A DNA stretch of 63,573 nucleotides, filler included, from Atractiella rhizophila (GCA_021432655.1; 10 parts of 10 records of this genome joined end to end with filler, not necessarily neighbours in it); one strand, 5' to 3'; shown: positions 51,304-63,573, counted from the first letter of the whole stretch. Notes: generated by a model from the letters alone, not told the origin. Numbers and translations are program-made.

Positions 51304-54300
51304 CTGGGACGCAATCGATGGGGGCGGGAGAGCGGAGAGAGCACCGCGCGAGGATCAGGATCTATATTTTCCGTGGCAGTGTCTGTCTCTGCTCAGGGGA
51401 TCTCTTCGTGTAGGGAAGATGACGATCATGTTCACAATTCTGCCATCCCTTTCTACACTGGCATACAAACGTGCTACGTCTAGATTATGTGTCTCGACTG
51501 TTCAGGCGAAGTACAATGTCGTTTCTGTCGTCCTTTGGCACGGCATGGTTAGAAAATGATTACCGAGCAAGGAGAGAATCATTTGCTCCATCGATCTCAT
51601 CTCCTTTCATTCGGACATGCAGAGTGCCCTGCACAGGTTATTGCGGTGGAATGGGGTATCTGAAAGGGCTGGTAGTCTAGCTCATGTTTTCTTCTCTTCA
51701 TCGGCTGGATGGCTGGGTAATGTCGATGGCACATGCTCTCTTTGTGACAGGTGCCATCGTCCTCTCAACCATGTGCATATGCTTCTATCATGTCGCTCCA
51801 TTGAAGCGGGAATGAGCTGTGAGATTTTGATTGTCAACTGTTTTGAAGTCCAACATGGATAGATGTGTGTGTGATCAGCTGGCCATGCGACTCTGATGGT
51901 CTCCATTGGTTTATGCCGCAATCCAGCACGACGATGGTTTGAGAAGCTTCGTTAATCATCCAAACTTTCCAAGATCCTTCCAACGAAGACTGGACTCTCA
52001 ATGTGGGTTTCGACGAATTGTAGCCTTCCACCTGCCAACTCTTGTACGTGGAAATTTGAACATCAAGTGAACAGCGAGAAAATAGCAGCAGTCTCACTCG
52101 CAGTTCGTTCCATTCCAAATAGTGTAAATAAGATTGAAGAGAGCCATTGCGTGCCGTTTCGCCGTTCCTCCAAACCTGTTGTCTTCCTTCCTTCTTTCCT
52201 CAATGATTGACAGCCAGCCTCACACATGTGGATCCCTGAGCCCGCGATGAGGCGATTGCGATTAGATGAATGCGATGGTGCTGACACCAGGTCGCAACTT
52301 GGGGTTGTTCCATCCGAAGGCTTGGGGTTATATCTCGGTTTTCGACGGGATGACTGAGTCTGCCTCCAAGCTATGCAGTGAAGTGACAGTGAAAGTTGTC
52401 CAACACTGCTACGTACAGTGTATCCGAGCGCTAACCTTGGAGAATCACCAATCACTACAAGTGCTCGGATTCACTAGAAACATTGATCTGTACTGAAAGT
52501 ACTCAACTCAGGATTCCACAATGTTTCTGTCGTGAAGCAAGCGGAAGCCGTTGGGAGACCACGGTGAGGTGGGACTTTGGGTTCGTCCTTCACTCGTCCG
52601 CGAAGCGAGAAGAAAAGTCGTGTCATTGGCGGTGCTCAAACGAGCCGCTCAAATGCTCAAACTCTCCTCCAAACTCTCCAGCTCAGCTCAACAACAGCGA
52701 ACAAATGCTCGGAAGAGTGATGAAATTCCAGAGTGGAGAGGCAGGTGAGAGAAAGCTTGCCCCATCGCGATTCCGTTTCGGATTCGAGCGGAAGGATTCC
52801 GTGCCAGCGGCTAGGAGGGGAAGGTGATCTTGAGGTCACACACAACGTTCGCCTCAATATTACTGCAATACTTGGCTCTGGCATGAGAGATCGACAGAGA
52901 TCAAGTGAGTCAGCCCTCCGCTCATTCACCCACACCTCCTTCTGTAACTCGTTGGATGGAAATAGATGGACGTTGTGCATGTGCTCCTCCCGCGGTCGAT
53001 CTCCCTCTTGTCCATTGACATGTTCAGTGATAAATTACTGCAGTACAATCATTGGTTGGTATCGTTGCGGCGGAGGAGTTTGGTAGAATTGTGCCCCTCC
53101 TTCTCCTTCCCTTCCAAAACTATTGCCACAAACTCGATGCTAGAAGCTGAAAGGTGCATCTCCCGCTCTCCCGTTTCGAGAGCACTCTGAGTCGAAGTCC
53201 GATCACCCATCCATGAAGTTGAAAATCATCTTGAACCGGGAGGATTCGATTACCAAATGGCTGATTATCGTGAAAGGAGTTCCGGCTAACGATTTTCCTT
53301 CTTCTGCAATTTATTTCAATGGGCGGCATCTCAGAACATGAATCCTCCCTTCCACATCAATGAGCGTCCTGCGAGACGCCCATTACCATTCAAGTTATGA
53401 AAGCGAAAGATGCAAGTTGACTATGGGCACACTCCTGTCGCGCGGCCAACGATCTGGAAGCTCCCGGCCGCTGCTTCTACAACCTGCACAACGTCCTAAC
53501 GCGATCTGGCGCAACGAAATCACATCCCGGACATTCCAACGTGTGCTATCACTATGGTCTGTGGTGGTGACAAGTTCTAGGTCTGCGGCTTCGTTCTGTC
53601 GGGACGGAAGCAAGTGGAACGGACTAGGGAGCTTTCTAATCTGAGGAGAAGAGGTCAACGAGGCTCATGCTCAAAGCCAACGCTACAAGGGAGCTCGAAG
53701 AACATATTGGCCCTGAGTTGAGTTGAGTTGGAGTTGAGAAGAACGATTGGATCGAGAGTGCATCAAAAGAACTTGAAGCTAATGGAAGATCCGCCCTGCG
53801 ATTTGTTTGCTTTTGCAATCTTCCCTCAATACGTCTCGTCATCAATTGATTGATAAGATAGGGAGTGTACTAAACGTGTATCGTTGCACTGTTTCATTAT
53901 TTTTTGAAGTAAAAAGGATTGCAGGTCCTCGCAAGTCCAACCCATTTCCCTTTTACCCCTTCAGAGACGCATCTGGGACGCATCCCGCACTCCTTGATCG
54001 GTTCGTAAGAGAACGTCATCTATTATAATTCTCAGAGGCTTTGCAATGCAGCCAAATATGGATACAAAAGAATAACAGGGCATGCAAGCAGAAAGCAGCG
54101 ACAATCTTCTCCAGTAAATCCGAAGCTCGCGTTCCCGCCAGCTTGCAACGGTTTGCAAGGACAAGGACAACAAGAACTCGAGCTTGCCGCTCAAGATACG
54201 CATGAAGTATGGCACACAGGATAATGGATCATACTTTCACGTGTGGCGTGGGAAACGCTCAACTTGGCAGTGGACTGCTTACTCAAATCGATGTGGTGAA

Positions 54301-54797
54301 AAGTTGAAAGACCATTACCGCTGTTGGAACTTCACATCCAAGGCAGCACTGAACGGCTGAAAACTTGTGGGACAATTTGAGATACCGACATGTTGAGTTG
54401 TTGAGTCTTATTGAGATTTGACATGATGGAAATCCCGAGCTCCAAATTCGATGGGACAGCATAACTTATTTTCGGTTGACAGCGAAAGCAACAGAAAAGC
54501 TGGACATGTGCACAAGCAAATCCGAAGGGACCATGTGCTCCTGTCCCACAGAGTGCTGCCTCGTGCCCTGGGTTCCGCGTTTCTGGGTCTCTTCGCCACG
54601 TTTTGAAAAGTTTTCCGATATAAACGACGGGTTCGGTCGTTAACAAGCCCCATTCCGCGTCCGGAAGAACGAACTTAGATCTGCATTGTGGCCGTGTCCA
54701 AATAAAACTGAAGGACCCTCACCAATTGTCCAAGTTCTCCCCCTTTGCATTCCCTCCGTCCGTGTACTTGCGCCAGTCAACAATCAAGTCAGTCGAC

Positions 54798-55186
54798 ATG
54801 GCTTCCGCTTTCCCTGGTGGACAAATTCCTGCTAACATCCCTTACACGACCACCGACTTCGTACGTCCTTTTCCTTCGGCTTTCGCTCTCTGCGTTAGCA
54901 GGAAGGCTGATGGAGTGTGGATCGTAGAAAGACCAGCTCCTACCGCTAATTATTGGAGTATACTTTTCCTTCGCGCTCTTTGGTGCGCTTTCTTTTGCTC
55001 GCGTCTGTACCATCTGCTGACAAAGAATGGATCGATGCAGGAGCAAGTTGTTTGCAATTTTACTATTGCGGCAAACTTCTGTATGCTGCTTCTTTTTTTG
55101 GGAGGCAAAAGGGTCAAGAACTGATGAGTGGAACTGTGAAGAAAACGGTCGACAACAGACGAGAAATGGAATTGGGCCATATTGGG
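54798..55186 (+). CDS. 5' exons of a hypothetical protein, cut by the contig end
   Basis: MASAFPGGQIPANIPYTTTDF followed by a GT..AG intron and KDQLLPLIIG. Confidence 0.35.
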
Positions 55187-55286
55187 NNNNNNNNNNNNNN
55201 NNNNNNNNNNNNNNNNNNNNNNNNNNNNNNTTAATTAATTAANNNNNNNNNNNNNNNNNNNNNNNNNNNNNNNNNNNNNNNNNNNN
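55187..55286. other. Artificial contig linker
   Basis: N44-TTAATTAATTAA-N44. Confidence 0.99.
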
Positions 55287-57077
55287 CATTTGCATTATTA
55301 GAATCAGAAGAGTAAGTTATCTTTCCTTGTAAGCTTTAATGCTGAAATGGAGATTTAGTTTCTGGGTGTGCGAAAAATCAGATGGATTGAGGTTAATGAT
55401 TATGATTCTCTCTCGTCCAACCGGGCATCAGGAAGTATATCTGGTCGGTAACACATCTCTCCAATGCATTTAGCGAATAACTTGAATTAGATTGACCGCA
55501 AAGAGCGCTTTTTCGAAGTTCAGAACTTGCGTTTCCCACATCAAGATGGCGAAGAATACAATCACTCTAATACCATAATTGATGGAGAACTAGTCATCGA
55601 TATTGAAAGACATAATTCTGGGCTCGAGGTCTGTCACATGGCTATGCGTCCTTTGTGTCTGACACTGTGCAAAGATTCAGGTTTTGCGCTATCTTGCCTT
55701 CGACTGTATCGTTCTCGATAGCGAAAGTCTTATGCAGCGTCCACTTAGCAGTCGGTACGGGGTGCGAATTTTATTGCATTAAACCTGCCTGTCATCTCTT
55801 AATGTGTTGCGCAGAGGCTGAAGTCGTGGATCATTGAACCGATGGTTCGATATTTGCGGAAGCATCCACACGAACAGGCGAGAATGCCATTTGAGTAAGT
55901 TGTTTCTAGCGATGAATGATACAAACCAATGTTAACAAAATTGTCGTCGCAGGGTGACATTGAAGCCTATGGAATTGTCGTACGGGATTCAGAAAGTCCT
56001 TGAAACGCACATGCCAGGATTAAAGCACGGAAATGACGGTCTGATATTTACGAGCGCTGAAGCCCAATACACAATTGGCACAGATCGGCGGATGTTTGTG
56101 CCTCTGAAGAATATTCTTTTTGCTTACAGGTGATTTCAGATTAAAATGGAAGCCACCATCGGAAAACTCCATCGACTTTCGCCTTGAGCTACGTTTCCCT
56201 GCACTGGTCCACACTAGAGTGGAAGGAAGTTCGCGAAATGGGTATGGAGTTGAAGACGTGGATTGGCAGGCAAAACCGGCTTTCCTTCTCATGATGAATG
56301 CAGGCAAGGGATCTGAAACTTTCTTCGATTGGCTGGATATGTCCGATCATGAATGGGAAGAGTATATATTCTCTCTCTCCTGATTCGACTTACTAACGGT
56401 CAGCTAGTTGGAAATCCAGAGGGGAACAACTCGATAATCGCATTGTTGAAGTTGTTTGGAACGCCAGCGAACAGAATTGGAGGATAATGAGATTTCGAGA
56501 CGACAAGCGCGAAGGGAACTACGAGAGTATTGTTTGGAAGATCATTGATAGCATCAAAGATGGGGTTGAAGCCCAAGACGTTGGTCATGTCTTTCTATTA
56601 TCAATTTGTGGCTGACGACATTTAAATTTCAAGCTCGTCCTCGGAGCTGATGCCATTCATCGACGGTGGGCCGAACGAAAGGCTATTCGATCAGGTCGCC
56701 CTCTCCCAACAAACCCCTCGCAGACAGTCCAGCCGACGCCTAACGTTCAGAGTCAAAGCCAATACCAGTCTCAAGTCCAACCCGCGCCGCCGTCACAACA
56801 GCAACTTCGACCTCCGCAGCTATCTAACCAAAGTGACCTTCCTCAACCACTTCCACCAGAACTCTCAAGCTTCCCTCCACTTTCTGGGTTTGAGCGTCCA
56901 CCTCTTACCTTGCCACCGTCGAGATTTGAGCCGATAAAACCTCGAACTGAAGCATCAATGAAGGACTATGCACATCTGCTGAACGGATACAGTCGTCAAA
57001 GGGGCAGTGCTTTCGATCGTTCGTTCCAGGAGAAAGGACGACCGTTGCGACTTCCTTTCAGTGACCAGCAACCTTAG
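55287..57077 (+). CDS. CEG1: mRNA guanylyltransferase, capping enzyme alpha subunit (5'-truncated)
   Basis: Motif I VCEKSDGLR, TIIDGELV, RYLAFD, GNDGLIFT, motif V LKWKP, RFRDDK. Confidence 0.96.
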
Positions 57078-57478
57078 CCGTCTGTTCCCTTTGAACTAGT
57101 GTTGGCTTTCTTTAGCATAGAGTGTTTTCATCAACAATGCTCCTAAAAGTTTCATTACTCAGTATCTTGAGGCCGTTGCAGTAATATCACAACAGTTCTT
57201 TTGGTTGCTTTAGTTTCCATCGCAGTGCCAACGGTGAAGCGAGACTGAACTCTTTAATTTTGATTTCGAGATGCATGAAAGCTCAACATCTCAGCACGAT
57301 TTCTCAAAAACGGTGCGACGAATATGCTGTTTGGTTCCATAGCTCAAATGTACCGTGTCGCTTTGCGCACCATAACAGAATTGAACAGCACTTGTGTTCT
57401 TTTCAAAATCGCTCCTCCTGCATGAATAGTATCACCAATGTACTCCTCCACCTCTCCCAGCAGCGCAGCGGCCGAATC

Positions 57479-59169
57479 TCAATCTACCTTCTTTTTACTC
57501 TCCGCGTCTTCCGTGGTCAACCAGACGAAAGAGAACACCAAAAATGCTCCCATAGTGCTGACAGCGCCGACATACCAAGGGAAAGCGCCTTTGATCCACC
57601 TGGGGTATTCATTATGTCTGAGCGGTGTCACGCTGACTTTCTTATCGTCATGCACGTCAGACAGCCCCCAACGTCTGTAGTCGACGAGGAAGGTGAAGAC
57701 GCCGTGTCTGTCTGGCGCTGCGAAGGTTGCGGAGAGTGTACCGTTGGAGGATGGGTGGAGGGGGATGCGGAGGTGCGGGTCGAGCATGCGGAATTCGAGC
57801 TGCATGTCGAGGGGTTGGAAGGGGACCCATCCTTTCGGGGTCAGCTCTTCGACGGCGAGGACATAGGTCTGACCACACGATGCGATATGTTAATGGGAAC
57901 TGGGAGGAAGAGATGTGGAACTGACAATGGTATCTTTGATACGGTAGATCGAAGGGTTGAGCTCGTTCTCAGCTCCTTTCTTGAAATGCCAGCTGTCTTT
58001 TACCCTCAATGTGCCCTTCTCGCCGAAGTTCCACTTGGTCAGTTCCTCCACAAACTGTTCATTGCACGACTCTTCGTTCCTACCCATCATTACCAGTCAG
58101 CCTAGTCCTTCAATACATAAAGGAAATAGAAGGAAAGAAGGAGACTCACCAAAATTTGTCCGAAAACATCTCGGTGCTTCCAGCGAGAACGACTCTACCG
58201 CCTCCTCTAGTCTGGAAGGCTGTGACGAGTTTGGCATCTGTTCCGGTAACGACATCCTCACCCTCTTCCACGCCTCCAATGGTATCGGGATCCCAGACGT
58301 ATCCTTCCTTCGGTCCCCAAACAAGTGGTTTTGCCAGCGGTATATCAGCAATCTCGTGCGCTGCGCCTTTGTACAGCAACGATTTCCCCTCTGTCGGAGT
58401 GAAGAAGGACTGTTCGATGTTGTCGCCTCCGAGCTGGAGCGTGAGCGGATCCGATGTGGGAGGATAGTGGGAGAGGGCGTAGTTGGAGGAAAAGGAGAAG
58501 TCAGCGCTGAATTCGCGTGCGAAGTCGCGGAGGAAGTCGGACGAGGAGGGAGGGACGAGGAGGAGGAGGTTGCCTGGTGTGCTGGGCGAGGTGAGGTATT
58601 TGTATAGCGATTGAGGGGAGATGTCGGGCGAGTAGACTGTTCACATGATTAGTTAGATTGTCCATCTTCTACAATGTCTGTGTCCTCAAAATCTTCGTTC
58701 TCTGCGACAACTACAGCGTGATGCCTCGAATAAAGCTTTGCGCAGTATAAATAGAATGAAACGCCTTCCTCATCAATGGTCAAGTTTATATAGAGAGCCA
58801 CCGTGAGAAAGAAAAGGATGTTGCTTTATTGACGCGATTTCGTCATAGGCGAGGAATGGAAGGAATGGTAGCTCACCTTTGCTAGGTCCACCGACTACAA
58901 CGACTCCCTTCCAATCGGCGATTCCATCATCCCAGAGCCGTTCGCCATCTTTCTCCGACCTGAATACAAGTTCGTAGCCCCTGCCTGAATACGGCGTGAG
59001 CACAGAAGCCCACAATCACGGGGTACATACGCTGTAGGGACGAGAAGAAGGCGGAGTGGTCTTGGGTGAAGGTGGTGTAAGTAGGAGAGGACGACGGGAG
59101 TAGGACAAGGAGTCTGGAGGCGAGGGTGAGAGTGGGCAAGAGAGCGAGCAGTGATAAAAGTGGTTTCAT
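57479..59169 (-). CDS. WBP1: Oligosaccharyltransferase 48-kDa subunit (OST48/DDOST)
   Basis: Signal peptide; AFQTRGGGRVVLAGSTEMFSD, LEFRMLDPH, PDRHGVFTF, PLRHNEYPR; TM segment and a KKVD ER-retrieval end. Confidence 0.95.
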
Positions 59170-59278
59170 CTTTCCAACGAACGAAATAATAATAATATCG
59201 TTTACGTGGAGCTTTGGATTGTGATCACGAATTAAGGACCACTATACTTACAAGCAACATCATGACATAATCAGCCGA

Positions 59279-61240
59279 ATGTCGTCCTCTTCTCCAGCTC
59301 AAAGCTTCGAGGTATGGCCAATTCGACGCGTCGAATGAAGCTTATGACGCGTCCAGGTGCTCAGCGCCGAAATATCAGACGTCCGGCCCATTGCGAGCGT
59401 GCTACGATGCATTTCTTTCTCTCCCGTGTGCTTCTCCGTCGTCCGTAACAGTGTGGATGTTGATGTGACCTCTGCGTTTGGTGGGATACTGTAGAGAGCT
59501 GTGCTGATGATTTCAGAGAATGGCATCAAGCTGACCGTCATGTGTGGCAAGACAGCTCAAGGTGATCTTTTGTCATTTCACTATCCTTCCATTTTTGTTT
59601 GTTCGCGTCGCGTCCTCGAATTGAACGAGGCTAGACTTTATGTAGTGATGCTGTGTGATTATTCAACCATCGAACGATATGCGTTGTTAAAAAAATTCTT
59701 CTGCCTGCTTTCATATTTTATCTCGATAAACATCTCCAGGTACAGGTCAAGAAAACCTGTGTGGCGACGCGTTGTTATTATGGGAAATATATCTAATCAA
59801 GAGCTATCCAGAATCAGTCCTCGGAGAGGGCAAATCACTTACTGGAAGCTTTGTTAGGCTGTACGAAGCCAATGCGTGTATTTAGCTGCCCTTGAAGTTT
59901 GTATCCAACATGAGCAATTACAATTAGCAAGGCAGAAGTGCCTAGTACAATGACTCTTTGAAAAACCTTCATACAACTAGAAGTACCAGGCTTGCATATC
60001 ATCTCCTATCTCTTTTCCACAACACGACTGCTGAGCTTTCTTCTTTGTGCACAGCGCACGCTTATCTCCTCAAGCCGCTCTTCAGCACCTACACCTACAC
60101 TCCAGGCCTTCCATCAACGATCCCAACCTCCTCACCCTCCCTCTCTTCCTCTCAACCAAATGGCAATGGGCCGTCCGCACACGACGACATTGAGATCAAT
60201 CTACACACGATGATAGAGTGTCTCAACATCTTCGGGTCGTCCAATTCCTCCTTCGCAGGAGAAAGGAATGAGTGGAAGAAGAAGAAGAGGATGGGTTGGG
60301 GTAGCGATGATGAGGATGAATCGTTTGAGAGGGGGAGGGAGAGGGAGGAAAGTGGTGGAGGGACGGGAAAGAGTACGAGTTTGAGGATCTCATATAGAGG
60401 CGAGGGACATCCCTTTATCCTTATGCACGTTTCATTCCTCACTTTTGGGGATTGGAACTGATGCCATTTTCGATGGGCATAGTTTGGAAGAAGGAGGTGT
60501 GGTGGCTCGATCCGAGCTCACGACTTACGAAGCAGAGCCTGAACTCGACCTTCATTTCGTGCACGATGAGCAGAGATGGATGGTGATCATGAAGGTGCTG
60601 TCTCTCGTCCATCGGACCTAGAATCCACTTAACAAATGATGGTGTTTGATAGAGCCAATACCTCTCTGACAGTCTCTCCTCCCTCGATCCCTCTGCCTCC
60701 TCCCTCTCTTTCATCTTCTCTTCTCCCTCTTCCTCTCAAAACCCAAACAAAACCCCCACACGCTCTCGGCCCACAAAGCGACGAAAGACGGAAGAAGGTA
60801 CCGGGAACGTCTTTCGATTGGAGGCGAAAGGAGCGTTGGGAAGTTCGTCAACTGAGTTTGGGGAGGATAGGGACGTCGTGGAGCTATTTGAAGGTACTGG
60901 AAGCGAAGGAGAGGAGAGGTATGCGTACAAGTATGGGGTCATGTTGAACGTGAAGAAAGCGCTTCAAATATCTCAAAAAACTGTCCATCTTTTCCTGCTT
61001 TCCTGCTTTGTATTGACCAATGGTGGTTTGGGAAACAGTCGATGAGAGTTAATGAAGAGGGATTGCTCAGTATGCAATTTCAGATGCTCCTTGATCCTGG
61101 GAGTGGCGGAAGGGGCAAAGGGGAGACACATGGCTACGTCGAATTTTTGGTGTGTATCCAATGTGTTTCCCCTTTGACTTGTGGCGTCGGCAGAACTAAC
61201 ATCGACTTAGTGTCTGCCACTGATTGACGGGGAGGATTGA
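59279..61240 (+). CDS. RAD1: 9-1-1 checkpoint clamp subunit Rad1/Rec1
   Basis: ISENGIKLTV, AHAYL..LFSTY, IECLNIFG, YRGEGHPF, ELTTYE, SMRVNEEGLLSMQF, YVEFLCLP. Confidence 0.9.
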
Positions 61241-62036
61241 GCACCTTCCAGATTCAGGCATATCATAGTTATCCAAGTAACAACTTCTATTTCTTCGAAT
61301 ACTCCAGCTAACTGAGACTGTGGATGGACCAGCTTTGAGCGGCTTGCCTCTCTCTAACCCATTCCACCTGCTTCGACCCACCAGAATTCTTGTCATGTGC
61401 ACATGCCACCAACTCCATTTTGTCCCACAACATTGATTCTCACAGTCTCACGATCAGTGCAATGCAATCCATTATCCGTCAAGCCCCCGTCAAGCCTCTT
61501 TGACGTCTTTCAGCCATTAATCCGACGTTCCAACCTGGGAACTCGGTTCCAATTGCATCCACACCGCGCTCTCCGCGATCTTGTCATTGGACCCAACAGA
61601 ATGAATGCTTTCATCCTTTTCTGGGTTTACTCCAGAAGGAGAAGAGGAACGAGAATGAGATCTGGAAGAGACCACTGCCTCCGCTTGGCATTTGCTCTGA
61701 AAGCGCTCATAATTATCACGTATTGCACTCATTGGACAGGACGTTGCAGGAAAACTTTGTTTTACCATCAGGCTCAATCCATCCAGTTCAATCGATCATC
61801 GATGTGCGGCAATTGATATCTATCATAGTTTCCCTCCGAGTACGGGCCGCTCCTTTTCTTTCGATTCTTCGCGGACGAAGGCAGGGACAACGGTTCTAAT
61901 CCTGTCTTGTCGTCTTTCTTCTATGATCTGCATCAGTCTGCATGCAGGGACGTAAATGTGTCATGAGAGGCAGCCGATATTCAGCCGGAGACATCATGTC
62001 TGACTGATGGACTGATCCTGATGTACTTGCCTGGAC

Positions 62037-62136
62037 NNNNNNNNNNNNNNNNNNNNNNNNNNNNNNNNNNNNNNNNNNNNTTAATTAATTAANNNNNNNN
62101 NNNNNNNNNNNNNNNNNNNNNNNNNNNNNNNNNNNN
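62037..62136. other. Artificial contig linker
   Basis: N44-TTAATTAATTAA-N44. Confidence 0.99.
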
Positions 62137-62908
62137 GGACCGGTTTGTTGGGCGACCCATCGGTTGGGCGCGGTTGTGAGTCCGGCCAATCCGGGGTATG
62201 GGAGGGGAGAGTTGGAGTATCAGATCGAGACGGGTGAGTTATTTGTTTCGGTTGGTAGATGAGAGACAACGGAGAGAAGTGGTGCTGCTTTGTATACCTG
62301 TGAAAGAGAGAAAGCATGCTCTTGAGTGTGGGCTTTTCAATTCAAAGAGCCTTAACTCTTCTTACCTTGACGTAAACTATGCAGCCTCCCTACTTATTTG
62401 CCTCGTCTTTGCCCAGAGAGAAGTCCTGCATAACGACACTGATGTGTCCATATGCCGAAGTTTGGCCATTATACCTCTGCGGCCTTTGGCTAGTCTGATG
62501 GCCCTTATGCAGAGTGCGTTTATGCAAGTTTATGAGGAATATGCACACGATGTGTGCCTGCTTGTGCAAACGAATTTCTTTATACACGTGGCGAGGATGG
62601 TGAGCTTGTACAGAATCATCACGATAACACTTCTTCCCTTCAAGTAGAGTTCCAAGCTAAATCAGACTCGGCGATTTGTTCTGGAGGAGGGATGCTTCGT
62701 TGGCAGAGCAAATCATTCCATGAATGAGAGGAACAATCATCCCGTCATCTTATCTCACAGGTGTGATCCGTTAGCAGCGGACATCTCAGTATCACAACAT
62801 CTGGGATCGTTGATCATACTAGATGATTCGCCAAGCTTGCTTTGACCTTTAGAACATACAAGATGATGCTGATCCCAATGTGCAGTTTCGAAACACCATC
62901 CGGTCAAA

Positions 62909-63573
62909 TTGCTTCTCGTTTCACCCACCGCAGCTTGTCTCTCCGTCATCAAGGACCTCCGCTTCCCTCGAGATCGAATAGTCTTGATTTCCGGTCCATC
63001 ACTCCCTGAGCATGAGTTGAAGTCACTGAACGACTTGGTTTCCGAATGCAAGGGGAAAATAAAGGAGACGGAGATACCCTTGAGAAAGTTCAAAGAAGGA
63101 GAGGCGCAGACGAAACTCGCCTTTTTGAGTTTTTCGAGGTTTGTTTCCTTCTTTGAGTGTGTACATAATTTGATGAAGGACGCAGTGGAACAACTGGGCT
63201 TCCTAAGGCGGTATCGATACCTCATATATCTGTGATCGCCAATATACTCCAGGTTTCCGATATCAGGAAGCTGGACCACCGGTTAACAGACGAGGACAAA
63301 GCTCTGGCGGTACTGGTAAGCGTTCTGAAACGTTTTCTGAGATTGCTAACACTGTTTGGGCTCAGCCATTCTACCATATTTACGGGTTAGTTTCCATCTT
63401 TAGACACGAAGAATGAGCTCACGTTAGAAAAGGCTCGTCGTTATCCTCCATTGCAACTTCTACAACTCTACACCTGTACGGTGCCTCCAACCTGTAATAT
63501 TTCGCTGACGACATTCACAGATCGTGATTATGCGTCAGTTCACTCTAGAAGGCATGCTTCAAGCGATATCCCA
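62909..63573 (+). CDS. AMP-dependent acyl-CoA ligase, 4CL-like (partial)
   Basis: LAFLSFS|SGTTGLPKAV, VIANILQ, LAVL|PFYHIYG. Confidence 0.88.

Noticed and set aside
51450..54700. Many short ORFs on both strands
   Set aside because: No recognisable motif or consistent exon chain.
57260..58607. Long + strand ORFs (281 and 216 aa); likewise 17582-18235, 30100-30723 and 49451-50074
   Set aside because: Antisense shadows of WBP1, PHO89, dynactin and REX3 exons.
58734..58746. AGCTTTGCGCAGT, matching the 5' end of vertebrate U4 snRNA
   Set aside because: No kink-turn, U6 stem-I partner or Sm site follows; it is antisense in an intron and probably chance.
6857..62136. Regularly spaced TTAATTAATTAA repeats as a biological array, and gene clusters across them (two MDRs; RPB11, RPC11, CEG1 and REX3)
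   Set aside because: They are identical N-padded linkers between size-sorted contigs, so adjacency across them has no biological meaning.

Overview
This is not one locus. The window holds ten unlinked fungal contigs of about 6.8 kb each. The eight complete ones fall steadily in length from 6845 to 6750 bp, so they are size-sorted, and all are joined by an artificial 100-nt linker, N44-TTAATTAATTAA-N44. Short GT-AG introns, microexons, a FunK1 kinase, a DUF6534-like protein and an F-box/LRR gene point to a basidiomycete; Pucciniomycotina is only my guess. Recognisable genes are an RDS2/AcuM-type Zn2Cys6-PAS factor, RPB11 (3' part), two enoyl-reductase-like MDRs, PHO89, GPI15/PIG-H, a ChrR-like cupin, dynactin p150, GCN20, DUF427, an AKR7-like reductase, RPC11, a secreted tandem-domain protein, a REX3-like exonuclease, CEG1, WBP1, checkpoint RAD1 and a 4CL-like ligase. 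There are also a disrupted FunK1 kinase, a frameshifted F-box gene and several repeat fragments. I found no convincing novel multi-gene system. The best leads are: (1) a 157-bp hairpin element on two contigs that sits next to a 71-nt intron-like duplication at the exonuclease start codon; (2) a secreted tandem-domain protein whose intron positions differ between its repeats; (3) two unusually long introns in the divergent WBP1/RAD1 pair; (4) PHO89 microexons and three co-oriented CACGTT boxes upstream. All exon joins were made by hand and no searches were run.
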